Positions 12,132 to 27,100 of a stretch of 64,000 nt of DNA are shown in pieces (the stretch's first letter is position 1; each line of letters starts with the position of its first letter). Both the position numbers and the translations under genes were made by a program. Origin of the DNA: Eledone cirrhosa (lineage: Eukaryota); assembly GCA_964016885.1 (NCBI GenBank), contig OZ024742.1:199082001-199146000 (forward strand), given 5' to 3'. The notes beneath the pieces are model-generated. The model had not been told where the DNA came from. It ran no database searches and worked only from the letters and a program-made list of their open reading frames with translations.

Positions 12132-15100
12132 TATATGCACATGCATACACAAAAGCAGATCTGTGTATATATACATATAGATACACACATATATATATGT
12201 ATATACACATACATATACACATATACACATACATATGCACAGACACATATGTATGTACAAATACATACACACAAACATACATGTATATATATACAAATGT
12301 ATATATACATATACACATGTACACACACATATATGTACACACATACACAGAGTCAGACATACACACAGACACATAAAAATTATCATTTGCCAGAAATACA
12401 AAACCAGATAATTAAAAAAAAACTAATATATAATTAAAGTTAATTGAATATGTTGACATTAGTAGCACTAAAGACAACATTTTAAATTACTGAACTGGCA
12501 TTTTAAACTGGATCAATCAATATAATACAGCAATGATCAATAGAAGCTTGGAGATCAATAAAGATATTGATATTGTAAATAGGAAGAAGTCTGTTGTGAT
12601 ATGTATCATCATTATGATTATCATCAACACAAACAGTATTCTCATCATTGTCATTCTTAATGACATGGGTTGGACTAGACCTTTTGAGGCAGGTTTTCTA
12701 TGGCCTGGATTCCGTTTCTGATCCCAATCCATACTTTATTTGTAAGCATGCTATATATATACCTCTGGTGTTTTATCAAACTATTGCAGAAATACATACT
12801 ATTTATTAAGGACATAAACAAACATCACCCCATGCATAGTTTTAAATGGTGTCAATATGAAGAAGTTCCATGCTTCCTGAAATTCACCAATGCTACACCT
12901 GACATTGCCCTCCATACACACGCATGCATGTGTGTATGTCTGTCTGTATATGATGACTCGCACACTTCACTTTCCTGACATTTGTACATTATTCTATGTA
13001 CTATACATGCACATTTGATGAGTTGTAGAGCACCTGAGCACTACACACAATCATTTTTATTATTATTATTATTATTATCATTTAAATAAATGAATAATAA
13101 CCAAATTAAGAATAAATAAATAAATAAATTATTTTTATTATTATTATGCACTGGGATAATTGCTGGCCTTGTGCCAAAAGTAGAAATAATTATTATTATT
13201 AAGTTCATGGTGCGCATGCACACACACAATGAGTTTTATACAGTTCCTGTCTATCAAATACACTAACAAAGAATTGGTCAGCCCAAGGCTTTAGCGGAAG
13301 ACACTTGCAAAAGATGCGATGCAGCAGAACTGAACACCGAAACGGGTGGTTCTGAAGCAAACTCCCTAATCATACTTCCATACTTACAACTAAGTTAAGG
13401 CAGCAATTTATTGTTCATATTGTATTACAGTGACTACAGCAAACAGTGTCCTCAACCTAAGAAGCCACGTCAACATAAATATACATTATTTATTACCAAC
13501 ACTGGCAAATAACTCATTCAATATTCTGTGAGAAAACTGGATGAATAAAAGTTGCCAAACAAGTAAGTCTTCATGTGTAATTGGAAACCTTGAGCAGAAG
13601 CAAAACACCATCATCATCATGTTCTGTTTGTTTTATAATGTTGACATGGGTTTGGCGGGTCAATACTTTAATTGGTGCTACTAATCTCAGACAGGTTGAA
13701 ATGACCATGTCTGGCTAAGATACGATCGAGTATTAGCATAGTTTTTATGGTTGGATGCTCTTCCTGGTACCAACCACTTTATATTGTGTACTGGGCGCCT
13801 TTCGTCATGGCACCAACACAAGTGAGATTGTCTTGCCCTTCGTTAAACTGAAGAGTCCAATTTACCCTTTTTGGCATGATTTCTATGGCTGGATGCCCTT
13901 CATAACACCAACCCCTTTACAGAGTGTACTGGGTGTATTTTATTGTGTCACCAACACTCTAGAGGTTGTCTTGTCCTTGACATAAGAGAATTCTCTATAC
14001 TCTCGAAACTATCTACGTGTGATGTTGATAGTCCCTATGTGTATTCAGTTTTCAATAGGTACATTGTAAGCAGTGACTAAAAGTGATAGCATCAGGAATG
14101 GCTCTACTCTCTCACAACCACGGTTGGTAGTGCTGGTGCCACAATGAAAAGCACCTAATCCACCTTGTAAGGTGGTAGTGCTGGCGCCACAATGAAAAGC
14201 ACCCAATCCACTCTGTAATGTGTTAGTACTGGAGTTACAATAAAATACTCTCACTACACGCTGCAATGTGGTTGGTGTTAGCATGTGCGTCGGACTATAG
14301 ACACTATGCCAACATCGGAACATATGAGCAATGTGTGGCCACCTGACCTGTCTAACCTCACAATATGACAACCAATCTAACCCATGCAAACAGTAATAAT
14401 GACAATGATATGCCTGTTGTGTCTATCCTATTTAGAAGAGGTATTCTCTATCCCTGGGTGACGTAAGGGTTGATAACAGGAAGGGCATCAAGCTGTTAAA
14501 CACCGTCTTGAAAAGGGCCTATGAACTATGATTGCCCTGGAAGGTCAAACTCTGCTTTGACAGGGAAAAATAGCTTTAAAGCACTTAATATATGTTGTTA
14601 TGTGTGTGCATATTGTGTGTATCTGATTTAGAGTAGACATACTGTCTCCCTAAATACTGTAAGAGTCGATTAAAAGGGTTGATGACAGGAAGGGCATCCA
14701 GTTGATCGCATGATGTGATTCCCAGAAGACTAACTAATGTTATAGTAGGGGAACATGCCTATTCTTCTATAATATCTATTATAGCTTCTAACCTACAATA
14801 CAACCTCAGTTTTTGTGTAAGTAATATTTCCAACAGTGGACTGACAGTATCGGTAGAGCTAGCTGTGCAGCATAGTGTCCTTTCCATTCTGAGTTCAAAT
14901 CCTGACGTGGCTAGCTTTGCTTTTCATCGATAAAATAAAGTACCAGTACCACATTGGGATCAATTTAATCAATCCTCCCACAAAAAAAAAATTGTTAGCC
15001 TTTGCTTTTCATTGATAAAATAAAGTACCAGTAATGCACTGGGGTTAATTTAATTAACTTGTCCCTCCTCCAAAGTTGTTAGCCTTGTACCTAAATCAGA

Positions 15101-15906
15101 AACCATTATTTAGAGCATTATGTAATAACCCTTAATCTTATGTATTATTGAGAGCAATATGTAATATCTTATTATATAACAACTTTAACCTACAGCATTT
15201 TTCCCTGTAAAGCAGGGATGAGACTTGTAGATCCCTTGACAGGCCTCTCCATTTTGCCCTATTCTTTGCATATTTTCTCACTAACCCTCTGATGAGTATG
15301 ATAAAGCCTGCGATTGAGGCTCCAGCATGGGTAAGCCCAGATTTTGCAGAGAAAATGTCCTTAAAACACTTATGGCTTTTGTTGGCAAAGAACTCTGTGG
15401 AATATTTTGTGAGAAAACTAAATAAAAAAAAAAACGTTACTGGGCAACTCCTAGTGTAATTGGAAACCTTGGGAGGATAAACACACAAACAAATATTTAT
15501 ATATAACTATGGCCGTTATATAATGGGACTGTACAATGATATTATAAATGATGACAGACTACAAGTTGGGCAACCTCCCATGTCTAACCCTACATGTAGA
15601 GAAACTGCCTATGCCTGCCACCAACACCACCACCTCTACATGTAAAGCAACCTCCTATGTCTACCACCACTGCCACCAGAACACACAGAGGGCAACTTTT
15701 CCGACCCATGCCAGTGTGGAAAGGAAACACATGATGATGATGATATGTATATAAACATGAAAGGATACCACAATTTCCTTCTAAAAAATTTTACTCACAA
15801 GCTCTGGCTATTTTAGAAAACACTTGTCCATGGTGCCCTACAGCAAGACTGAACCCACAAACCATGTAGTTACAAAGTAAACTCATTAACAACATGTTTG
15901 CACCTA

Positions 15907-16101
15907 TGAGGGTCAGCTGAATAATTCATAGGCTGAGTATGAAGGAGTGGTGCTGGAGATGTGAAATCTTGCATGCATTAATTTCAACTCTTATTAATAA
16001 CTGCATTATTTCTTTCCAGCGACTATGTTGAAAAATAAACCTCATTTGATCATTCTTGGAGAGTATCTTGGTCAGCCTATGAACATTCCAGCCAACCCTC
16101 A
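15907..16101. mobile_element. Mariner-type MITE
   Basis: TIRs tgagggtcagctgaataattcataggctga / tcagcctatgaacattccagccaaccctca; TA on both sides. Confidence 0.85.
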
Positions 16102-18253
16102 TAAGTACTTATAACACAAAAGTAGTATATAGTTTCACTGCCATCTCTAGACGTGTTGCTCTATTTGTTTCAAGCTGGTGTCTAACATTACTTTAAAGCC
16201 TGACGGCTTAGCTGTTAATTTCTAGTTTGTCTTTTGTTTTTGTTTGTTGTTTTAAAGGAGGAGATTTTCTGTTCATGGCTGTGTGATTAACAAGTTCTCT
16301 TCACAACCCCAGGGTTTCAGGTTCTATCTTACTGTGTGGTACATTGGGCAAATGTCTATGTCTTTTAATGTATCCTGGGCTCACGAATGCCTTGTGAGTA
16401 AAATTCTGACTTTTATGAGATGCTGTTGAAGTTCTGTCATTTTTGACGAGTACTCCAGTTGATTCAATCAATAAAACTGCTTGCTCATGAAATTTATATG
16501 CAAGTGGCTGAGCATACCCCAGACCTGTGCACACTTAACATAATCCTCAGAGAGATTCAGCATGACACAAATTACAGATATAGCTCATTTTTGCCAGCTG
16601 AATAGACTGGAGCAACATGAATAAAATATGTTCAAAGAGACAACACATCATCTGGGTCAGGAACCAAACTCATGACCTTACAATTGGGAGCTGAACACCC
16701 TAACCACTAAGCCATGTGCCATCACTTTATATGAGTATATACAGCCTGGGGCCCACAGACAGTTGGCAAAGGTAGTACTGTGGGATTGTGTGCTAAGTTC
16801 AAATTTTCAAGTACTTTGTTATACACACTGTTGGATATCCATTCTTCTCTAAATACAACCCCCTCTTTTGATTGTTATTATCACTATATAATAATCAGAG
16901 AGTGGAATAATAGTGGAGAGAGCAGGATGTGTAAGAATGATCATTTAAATAAAAGGGGATTTTAGGAGAAAAATAAACAAAAAGAACTGGGAATTACTTA
17001 TATAAGTACATAGTGAACATAAAAACGATGATGATATTTCCACAATCACAAGCTCCTTTGTAGTTTCCATCTACCAAATTCACTCATAAGGCATTGGTCC
17101 ACCTGATACAATAATAGAAGAAACTTGCCCAAGGTGCCATGTAGTGGGATCGAACCCCAAAATAAGTATTTGGGAAGCAAACTTCTTAACCACACAGCCA
17201 GACCTGAGCTTATAATAAATTCTATAAATGAAAAAGAAAAACCCTAGCTATTTAACTCCCAGTTCTTTTTTTATTTGCTACACATTCCCATACATACATA
17301 GACACATACATACATACACAGATACACACACACACACACTGTGACAAAAGTAATTACTGATTAACAGATAATACAAGACAAAATACAAGGTATTATTAAT
17401 AATTGGCAGTATCGGTAGAAGGTCGGGCGCCATGCTTTGAAGCATAGAGTTGCGTCCCTTTATGATCTGAGTTTAAATCTCGCCGAGGTCGATAAAATAA
17501 AGTACCAGTAATGTACTGGATAATTGCTGGCCTTGTGCCAAAAGTAAAAACAATTATTAATAACATAAAATGAGTTATAAACTCATAAATTGTATCTTCA
17601 ACTCTAATCTGCTATAACACACTGTTTAACATAAACAAAGAGCTTTTTAACATTGAAATAAGATATCAATCACAGACTATTTAAATAGTGTGTGGACTTT
17701 TTCTCCATTTCTTTGCATAAGTCATTTTTAATATATATGTGAATCACCAATATCTTTGAAGGTGTGGGCTCACTAGTTCGCCATAATCGGTCTCTTCTCG
17801 GCACAATGGCACACATGCTTATGTAGATATATGGGGAAAATCTGAGAAATGTGTAGAGGAATTTCCTATTTATTTTGTATATGGAAGAAATAACAAAAAC
17901 TGTCCTTGCAGTGACATTTATATGTTAAAAACTGTAGTCATATGTACATTAAATTTATATTAGATCTAATATATACTGTGATGTGCATAAATATGTGAAT
18001 GTGTATCATCATCATCTTCGTTTAACATCCATTTTCCACGCTAGCATGGGTTATACATACATACACACATACATACGGTCGAAACGGCCGGAGCTCAGCC
18101 GTCGGGGTCCTGACTCTTTTCCTATACATACATATATATATATATATATGTGCACACAACACACACCCATATATATAATTGGTGTTGGATGCTTAAAGCG
18201 TCTGTATGCGGTAGGTCGTATGAGAACTCGATGCTCTCATAGAGCAGAGTATG

Positions 18254-18547
18254 ATATCACAGAAAAAAAGAGAATCAATCAGTGTTGCGACGAATGGAAT
18301 TTATTGGACATATTACAATCGTTCCTCTGGCGACCAGCTCGAGGCACGATCGAACCCGACTCTGAAAATCGCAAGGTCCTCAGATACGTCTTGATTCTAC
18401 GAGAATCAAGACGTATCTGAGGAACTTGCGATTTTCAGAGTCAGGTTCGATCATCACATCGATCGTGCCTCGAGCTGGTCGCCAGAGAAACGATTGTAAT
18501 ATGTCCGATAAATTCCATTCGTCGCAACACTGATTCTCTTTTTTTCT

Positions 18548-18554
<7 letters not shown>
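18254..18554. repeat. ~300-bp imperfect palindrome
   Basis: Centre gattct-acg-agaatc (18399-18401); arms differ by a few substitutions and 4- and 12-nt indels. Confidence 0.92.
18410..18505 (+). ncRNA. Type I hammerhead ribozyme with extended stem II (mutated mirror copy 18307-18390)
   Basis: gacgtat-CTGAGGA(18417)...GAAA(18487)-C gatt G-TA-atatgtc. 7-bp stem I with one G-U; GUA cleavage triplet. The mirror copy has GGAA instead of GAAA. Confidence 0.75.
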
Positions 18555-18592
<38 letters not shown>

Positions 18593-18649
18593 ATTAAGGT
18601 GCAAATCAATTGCGTACGTAGACTCTTAGACGCGAGTCTACATGTGAAC

Positions 18650-18730
18650 ATATATCTGAGGAGCTTCCAATTCCAGAATCAGGATTGATCGTTCCTCGAG
18701 CTAATCAGCAGTGAAACATATGTAATGCGT
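18650..18730 (+). ncRNA. Diverged hammerhead ribozyme copy, same family as 18410
   Basis: CTGAGGA(18656)...GAAA(18713)-C atat G-TA-atgcgt; imperfect stem I. Confidence 0.6.
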
Positions 18731-19118
18731 AATTAAACATGTATATGATGCAACACTGATTCTTTATTCCTTTATATATTATTATATATATATATATATA
18801 TATATTCGCTTATGTATTTTTGTTTGAAAAATTCTTGATGTGAAATTGTGTATTGAAACATTACACTAGACTGAAATAGATACAGAAGTAATCAACATGA
18901 CAAATAAAACCCCTTGAAGGCTGTGCCCCATGACAAATAAAACTCCTTGAAAGCAAATTCCCTAGTGATCATGGTGCAAAAGTAAAACCAACAAAAAAAC
19001 TAATCAGTGTAGTGGCAGCAGTATATGGCGGGATGTCCAGGGTTGGAGGTAAAGTAGGAAAATCTAGAAGGAAGCAACAACAATGACAACAACAATAATA
19101 ACAACAACAAAAACTTGC

Positions 19119-19198
19119 CCTGGTTCCTCCCTAGCCTCTGATTGAAAACATTCATTTTTCGTTGGTCAATAAATTACAAACTAAACAAACATCAGCAT
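19119..19198 (-). CDS. Candidate upstream exon of the SLC35E2-like gene (ATG at 19155; MNVFNQRLGRNQ + phase 1)
   Basis: Strong poly-T AG acceptor before 19198 and GC-type donor GG|GCAAGT after 19119. The phase-1 end joins in frame to the phase-1 start of exon 5851 (...[10 protein letters not shown]). No homology support visible. Confidence 0.45.
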
Positions 19199-19363
19199 CT
19201 AAAAAAAAAAATAATAAAACAAAACATACAAAATATGTGTATGTGAGTGTGTGCGCGCACCATCTTGATAATTTTTTTTTATCAACCCTTTAGTTACCAA
19301 CCCGGCCAAAATTCGCCCTGGTTCTATGAAATAAAATCACCCACTTTAAAGGTTTCCAATTTA

Positions 19364-19533
19364 CTGTATTTCCCGGCTTCGAAGACGCTACTCTTTTCCT
19401 AAAATAAGTCTCAAAAATCTACCATGCGTCCTGGAGGCTGAAGGTTGTTTATTATTTTTTTTTTCAAATTTTTTCTTGTCAAAATTAGGGTGCATCTTCG
19501 AGGACAAAGCGTCTTTGGCGCCAGCAAATACAG
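19364..19533. mobile_element. Pogo/Tigger-like MITE nested in a TTAA MITE
   Basis: TA-CTGTATTT...AAATACAG-TA with internal aagacgct/agcgtctt inverted repeat. Confidence 0.8.
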
Positions 19534-20618
19534 TAATATAATAACCTTACATTAAGTTACTTTCTTAGAAATGAAATAATAATTTTAGTAAATCCCTCAA
19601 CACTCTTCATTAATTAATTAAAATAGAGTGTTTCATTAGAAATGCAGTCATGAAAGGCTTAATCTTTTAATCAATTTAACACGTGCCTTTAACCCTTTAC
19701 TTACCAACACAGCCAAAACCAGTTCTGGTTCTATGAAATAAAATCACCCATTTTAAAGGTTTCCAATGTAAATTAAAATCTTCCAACAGAATTTTATATA
19801 AGAACATAAAATTAACTTACTGTCTTCGTATTAAAATAATTAATAATTTTATTAATTCCCTCAAAATTCTTCATTAATTAATTAAAATACGTTCAGAAAA
19901 GGGTTAAGGATTTTTCATATTGTTTCCTTATTTCTTTATTTCGTTTGGAACAACAAGCATTCCTTGTTTATTGAATTTTGCTAATATATCTCCACTGAAA
20001 TTTTATTTTAAGTGGTAGCATTCTTGCAGCAACTTCTTTTAAACATTAAAAAAACATTATACATGAGAAAAATAGGACATTACAATAAATCTTGTAAGTT
20101 ATAAAATAAATACAATGGGTTGGGGGTGGGGGGGGGTCTCAATATGTAAACTAAACAACTAATTCTGGTTTTTAAAAAAATATCAAGGAAGACAATCTAA
20201 GAAAATTCGATCCCTCCCTGCCATTATTTGGGACCCGAGAATATTCTTCATACATCAAGCAGTGGTTATAAAGTATCATGGCTGTGGTAGAAAATCATGA
20301 ACACCTGATCTAAAACATTTCAACAATTAAAGCATGGCAGCTTTTTATCATTGATTTCACATAGTCACTGTATTTGTGAAGACTTTGAAATGTTAATAGA
20401 CACATGGATTTAAGAACAATATTGTTCCAAAACAAGTGTAAAGAACTTACATGGAAATATGAAAAATCTTTAATAAACTGGAATACAGTTGTATTTTCAA
20501 TATAACAGATTTGAGAGAAAAGATGTCCCCTACTTATACCAATATATCTATATCCAGATATAATAACTGGCAATGCTTTTTTATTTGCCATCACACAAAT
20601 GAGACAATGTTGAAGTTG

Positions 20619-20665
<47 letters not shown>

Positions 20666-22587
20666 CAGTAAGAGTATGAAAGAAAATATAACTGAGTAAG
20701 AGTGAGAGAATAAAATTAAGAATGGGTTGCAATAAGAAAGTGGGAGCAGACAACAATATCAAGTGTTATACAAAATATTATTTTCTAAAAAAATTTCAAG
20801 AGGTAAATAATTTAATTTTGTGTGTGTGTAGGATGGGGGTGTGTGCTCCAGCATGGCTGCAGTTCAAAGACTGAAATCAATAAAAAAAAATGCATGCATG
20901 TGTGTGTGTGTGTATATGTACATATATGTGTATGTGCACGTGTGCATACATATGCATGTGTGTATGTGTGTGTATATATATATATGTATGTGTGTGTATA
21001 TATATATATATATATGTGTGTGTGTATATTATATATAGTTCAAGACTAAACAAGCCAAACAGAGGTGCAAAACAGTCTTATTAGTTTCACACTATATATA
21101 TCATCCAATAATATGCCATGAAAATTACAAGGCTGCTTCTAACTCTTGATAATATACATACACAAATATACATACACACAGTACATTTCCTATCTCAGGC
21201 ATACTGCTACAATAGCAAGTTCACTTTCCAAACCTACATTTTCCCCTGTAAATAGCGATTTCTCCAAAGTTAATCATACATTTAATTTTGTATGTCATTT
21301 GTACAGATATGCTGAATGTAAATGTATGTGTAATTATATCCTAGAATAAATTAATAAAATATTCTTAGAGTTGATTCATCATTTTCATGTTTCGGTAACC
21401 AACATAAACTATAGGGTTTCTCTTATGCGAACTATTAATTTATCGAAACACAAATTGGCCAATTTGTATTAGTGTTCATGTATCCAGTAATCCTGGTGTA
21501 TATGACACACTAATCCAAATATTAATTTTGTTGAACACTCATGCCATCATAAGGCGGTGGACTGGTAGAATCAGTAGAGCGTCGGACACCATGCTTAGTG
21601 GCTTTTACATTCTGAGTTCAAATCCCATCAAGATTAGCTTTGCCATTTGTCCTTACGGGGTTGATAAAATAAAGTACCAGTAATGTACTGGGATCGATTT
21701 CATCAACTTACCCGGCCTCAAAATTGTTGGTATTGTGCCTAAAACAGAAGCATTTGTGACTCCACTAATGTATAACACACCCCCATGCCCTCCCCAAGCA
21801 CTCACTCCCAGCTGCTTCCCCCTTAAAAATCTTTAGGACTCCCTCACTAACATACTCTAGTAGCCACACTCCTCATGCTTATACACCCATGCACCTCAAC
21901 TGGCACTCCCTAGCAGCTATCCTCACCATCAATACATGGCCCTTCCTGTATTCATCCCTTAGTTGCTGTTTTCTCCCCACCTCCCACTAAGGCCCTTCGG
22001 TACCCTCGTTATCGCACCCTAGTAACTACTCCCTGCACCCAACTCATTCCCCCTCCACTATCACTCCTTAGCTATTTTTCTCCCTCACTACACCTTCCAT
22101 TTATGGCATTGAGTGTTCACATCTCCATGAGAGAGAGAGAGACATGGAGAGAGAGAGAAAACGGTGTTGGGTGAGAGGACCCTTCAGTCATGTCACGGTA
22201 TGGCAACCTCTAGTGTCAGTGACCTACGCGATAAACACACTCAGTATACGATGTAAAGTGGTTGGTGATGGAAAGGTCATCGAGCCATAGAAAGCTTGCA
22301 AAACAAAGGGTTGGGAGCACCCTCAATTGTGTCAAAGACATGACAACCTCTCCTGTGCACATGGTAAAATGTGAAACCGTACATAAGTGCAATGCATATC
22401 CCTGGTCTATCCAGATCAGCAGCCCTGCTTCAATACTGACTTGGTCTACATAAACTTGTCCAACCCTTGCTAGCAGGGAAAGCAGACAAAGTTAAGACAA
22501 TGGTGATTTTATATATATATATACACACACATACATACATACATACATACATACATACATACATACATACATACATACATACATACA

Positions 22588-22623
<36 letters not shown>

Positions 22624-23524
22624 CACATATCAGTTAGGGTGTGGAAAAATACCAGGTGGACCATAACCCACCAGGATACTCGATGCTTAGGGTAGTAGAG
22701 TGGCTAATATGAAAAGATTCAAGACCCTGACCCCAACAACCGGAGCTCAGGCGTCGGGTCCTGAATCTTTTCATATATATATATATATATATATAGATAT
22801 CGGCCTGCCCGCCCAGCCAGTGGAATGGCGTTATCTTATGGCTAAAACAGCACAACGTGCTGTCACCAGCGGCGCCAGACAGACTGGTCGGTCAAAGTGA
22901 TCAAGGTGATATATATATATTCATAGCCAACACTGTAATGTGGTAGTGCCAAAGTCATGAGAAAATGCTCCCAGTACAAGCTGTAAAGTGGCTGGTGTTA
23001 GGAAGGGCATCCAGCTGTAGAAACCATGCTCCCAGTACCTACTGTAAAGAGGATGTTGAAAAGTGGGGTATCCAATGGTAGAGCAAGACTTAGTCATTTG
23101 ACTGGTCTAGCTTCAGTACATGACACTTGTCTAACCCATGCCAAAATGGAAAATAAATGTTAAACAGTGATGAAAATGATGATGATATATGCCAGTAAGT
23201 TGGTCAGTTTTTTCCATTTCTTCGCATACTAGATGAAGTTAAACCAGCGCAAGTGACGCGAGACAACACCTTTCGAGCTAATGCCAGCATGGTAAAAAGA
23301 ATGTCAAATGATGATGATGATGATTATATGACGATCTGTAAACACAAACGTAGATATATCTATTTATTAATTTCAAGAACGTCATTATTCCGTGTGTCAT
23401 AATTCTCGATTGTCATTGGTTCATAGGTTTCAAACGACTCCGCCCACCTCAACGACGCCAAACTGAAATTAATATGCATAATGCCAATGAGGGAGTGAGA
23501 GGTGAGAGTGTGAACGCCGTGTTC

Positions 23525-24175
23525 AATAACTATTAACATGTGTGTGTGTGTATGTTATGTACTTGCGCGTATGTTTATGTGTGTGTGCGTGCGTGCAGCG
23601 TTCCACAGAAAGTTAAAACTATCAACATGTGTGAGTGTGTGCAAGTTTGCGTGCATGTGCGCATTTCCATGCGTGTAAGTGTGGCGTTCCACAATCGCCA
23701 CACAGTTTATCTGTCTGTGTGCCTGTCTGTCAGTCGAACATACAGAGTTGTGAAGGGAGTAAATAGGGACCTTTCTTTACATTAACGAACATCTTTTATA
23801 TTTATTATTGTCATATTTTATACACTATGTCAGTGTAGAGGTGTGTGATGTGTGTGGAAATAAGAGGGGAAGGAAAGCAATAACTATTAACATGTGTGCG
23901 TGTGTATGTACGTGCGCGTATGTTTATGTGTGAGTGTGTGCGTGCAGTGTTCAACAGAAAGTAAAAACTATCAACATGTGTGAGTGTGTGCGTGTGTAAG
24001 TTTGCGTGCGTGTGTGCGTTTCCATGCGTGTATGTGTGTGGCGTTCCACAATCGCCACGCAGTTTATCTGTCTGTGTGCCTGTCTGTCAGTCTAACATAC
24101 ACAGAGTTGTGAAGGGAGTAAATAGGGACCTTTCTTTACATTGCCGAACATCTTTTATATTTATTATTGTGTCAT
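23525..24175 (+). repeat. Two ~290-bp direct repeats in the Helitron 5' region
   Basis: 23525-23812 and 23878-24175 both run from caataactattaacatgtgtg to gggagtaaatagggacctttctttacatt...ttatatttattattgt. Confidence 0.85.
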
Positions 24176-24185
24176 TTTTTGACAA

Positions 24186-27100
24186 TTGCTCGAAATGAAT
24201 ACTGATAATAAAAGCAATTCGACTTTATCAAACAGTGAACTACAGCGGCAACGGCGTGCAGCCAGCAATGAAGAAAAACAGGCTGAACAGCGCCATCGGA
24301 ACGCCGAACTTCAGAGGCGAAGACGTGCCGCCATGAATGAAGAGGAGCTGGCTGAACAACGCCAACGAAACACTGGAGCCAAGCAGCGACGGCATGCTGC
24401 GATGGTTGAAGACGAACTGGCTGAGCATCATCAGCAGATGGCCAGAATTCAGCAGCAACGGCGTGCTGCAATGGATGAAGAGGAGCTGGTTGAACAGCGC
24501 CAGCGCAATACAGAAATTCAGAGAATGTGTCGACAAAGTGCTCCTCATTCCAGTAAAGAAGCTAGAAGGCGAACGAATGATATTAAAAATGGATCATGGC
24601 AACCGTGTCATTTTCAGATTGGTGGACGAGCAGAGTGTCCACATTGTGAGGCACGAAAAGACATGTGCTGTCATAAAGGAGCAGTTCAACTAGAACCCTT
24701 GCGAATGCCGGATGATGAGGAGTCACCGGTGTTTAAAATACTAAATATGTGGGATGATCAAGGAGACCGAGGTAGATTACTGCGCATATATTTGCGGCAA
24801 ATTAACAATTCATTAGCTTTAGCATCGCAGAGAGTTAGTGAGATGTTTGAGAGTGGAGCATGGCAACCGAATGTAGTCATTCAAGGCCATTTGTATCATT
24901 GTATCGGTAATTTAGAAGTTACCCCAAGAGAGAGGCCCCGATTCGCTCAAATTTACGTTAACGATCCAGATTATAGTGAATCGGAGGAGGATATCAGGAT
25001 CGGTTGGATGAAGTTGCCGGGAAATATAACTGAACTTGAACGGCAAAGGTTAAGTGATTTGATCCTTGATTTGCAATCATGGCTTAGACAGTGTAATCCT
25101 TATGTTATGGATTTCATGTTGGTGGCTGAACTGCAAAATGTTCAGCAGCAAACATTGTTGATTAAGGCTGATCCAGTGCCAAGGAATCAACATGAACGGC
25201 GATATAATGCCCCTGAAGGATTTCGTGAAGTTGCTGTGTTGATGGACGATAAGCCTGGATCGAGAGATATCGTCCTCAATCGCAGAGATGGTGGTCTCAA
25301 GACTATCAATGAGTCAAATAGGGCATACGATCCATTGCATTATGTTCTTTTATTCCCAAAAGGTGAAAATGGATGGAACATGTCTGTTCATTTAGATGAT
25401 CATGAGAATCAGCATCAACAGGGAGGTGGCAATAGACACAATAATTTGATTCGCGACTTTTACGCGTTCCATTTGAACGAGAGGAATCAACAGAGAAATG
25501 CGCTATTTCAAGCCAGCAGATTGTTCCAGAAATACTGTTGTATGGCATTCGTAAAGATCGAAAATCAAAGGCTAAATTATATAGCTACACATCAGCAACA
25601 TATCAGAGCTGAATTGTATAATAATATACAGGATGCGATAACAGCTGATGATGCCAATTACAAGCAAATTGGTCGACGCATCTTTTAGCCATCGTCTTTC
25701 ATCGGCGGCCCGAGATATATGAACATTCGCTATCAGGATGCAATGTCTATTGTCAGAAAGTTTGGAAAGCCAGATTTGTTTATAACGGTTACATGCAATC
25801 CTGAATGGACTGATATTAAGGATGCACTTTTGCCAGGACAACAGCCAAAGGACCGTCCTGATATTGTGGCAAGAGTATTCAAAGGATATCTGAAAAAGAT
25901 AATGGATGATGTGGAAAAAGAGGGAATCTTTGGAGGTATAGTTGCTTTTACATAGTAATTGAATTCCAAAAAAGAGGATTGCCACATGCACATTTGCTGA
26001 TTATTTTACATAGAGATTGCAAATTGAGATATGCTGAGGATATTGACAGTGTTGTGTGTGCTGAACTGCCGGAGAATGAGGCACTACGCAACTTGGTGGC
26101 AAAGTCAATGGTGCACAACCAATGCGGAGTGGCAAATCGGAAAGCGCCTTGCATGAAAAATGGCCAATGCAGTAAGCACTTTCCGAAATCTTTTGTCACG
26201 AACACTTCCTGAAACAATGGGGATGTTCATCCCTCATACAGAAGACAGTCGCCTGCCCATGGCGGTTTGGTCGAAAATGTAAACGGTCGACAGGTTACAA
26301 ATCAATGGGTTGTGCCATACAATCCATATTTGATTATGAAATATCGTTGTCATATTAATGTGGAAATTTGTAGCTCAGTGAAAGCTTGCAAATATCTATT
26401 CAAATATGTTTACAAAGGTCATGATCGGGCAATGATCAATGTCAGGAATGAGGAAGCGAACCAAGGAGATGAAGTTGGCAGGTTCCAGGATGTTCGCTCG
26501 ATTGGATCTAGCGAAGCTTGCTGGAGATTGTTCGATTTTCATCTCAATGAACGCAAACCCAGCGTTCAGAAACTGATGGTTCACTTAGAGAATAGGCAAA
26601 TGGTCTGTTTTCAGGACACTAGAAGAGGTGTCGAAAGAATTGCTAACGCACCACCTCCTAAGACGGAATTGACTGAGTGGTTCAAGCATAATAGAGAACA
26701 TGCTTTGAACCCGGATCAAAGGCAACTCTACTGCGATTTCCCTTCGCACTATACGCGGGATAAGAAGGGAAAGAAATAGAATGATAGAAAACAAAAGTTG
26801 AGATTCATGACTATTGGACGGGTTTGTAATATCCATCCAGCATCTGGTGATGTGTTTTATCTCCGAATTCTGTTGCATAGTAATTTTTCGAGAGGTAAAC
26901 AGAGCTTCGCTGATTTGAAAACAATCAATGGCGTGAAATATGAAACATACCAGGCTGTGTGTCAACATCTGGGACTTCTTCAGGATGACTCTGAATGGAA
27001 TAACGCTGCAGGAACAACACAGATGCCAGCTCAAATAAGGCAGTTGTTTGTCACGATTCTAGGATTCTGCAATCCTGCCGATCCAAGAGAGTTATTTGAA

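Noticed and set aside
15138-15488. 116-aa minus-strand ORF
   Set aside because: No recognisable homology; part of it is repeated in diverged form at ~13500-13610, suggesting repeat origin.
24172-24693. Overlapping alternate-frame and antisense ORFs in the Helitron
   Set aside because: Shadows of the repetitive RepHel N-terminal coding sequence.
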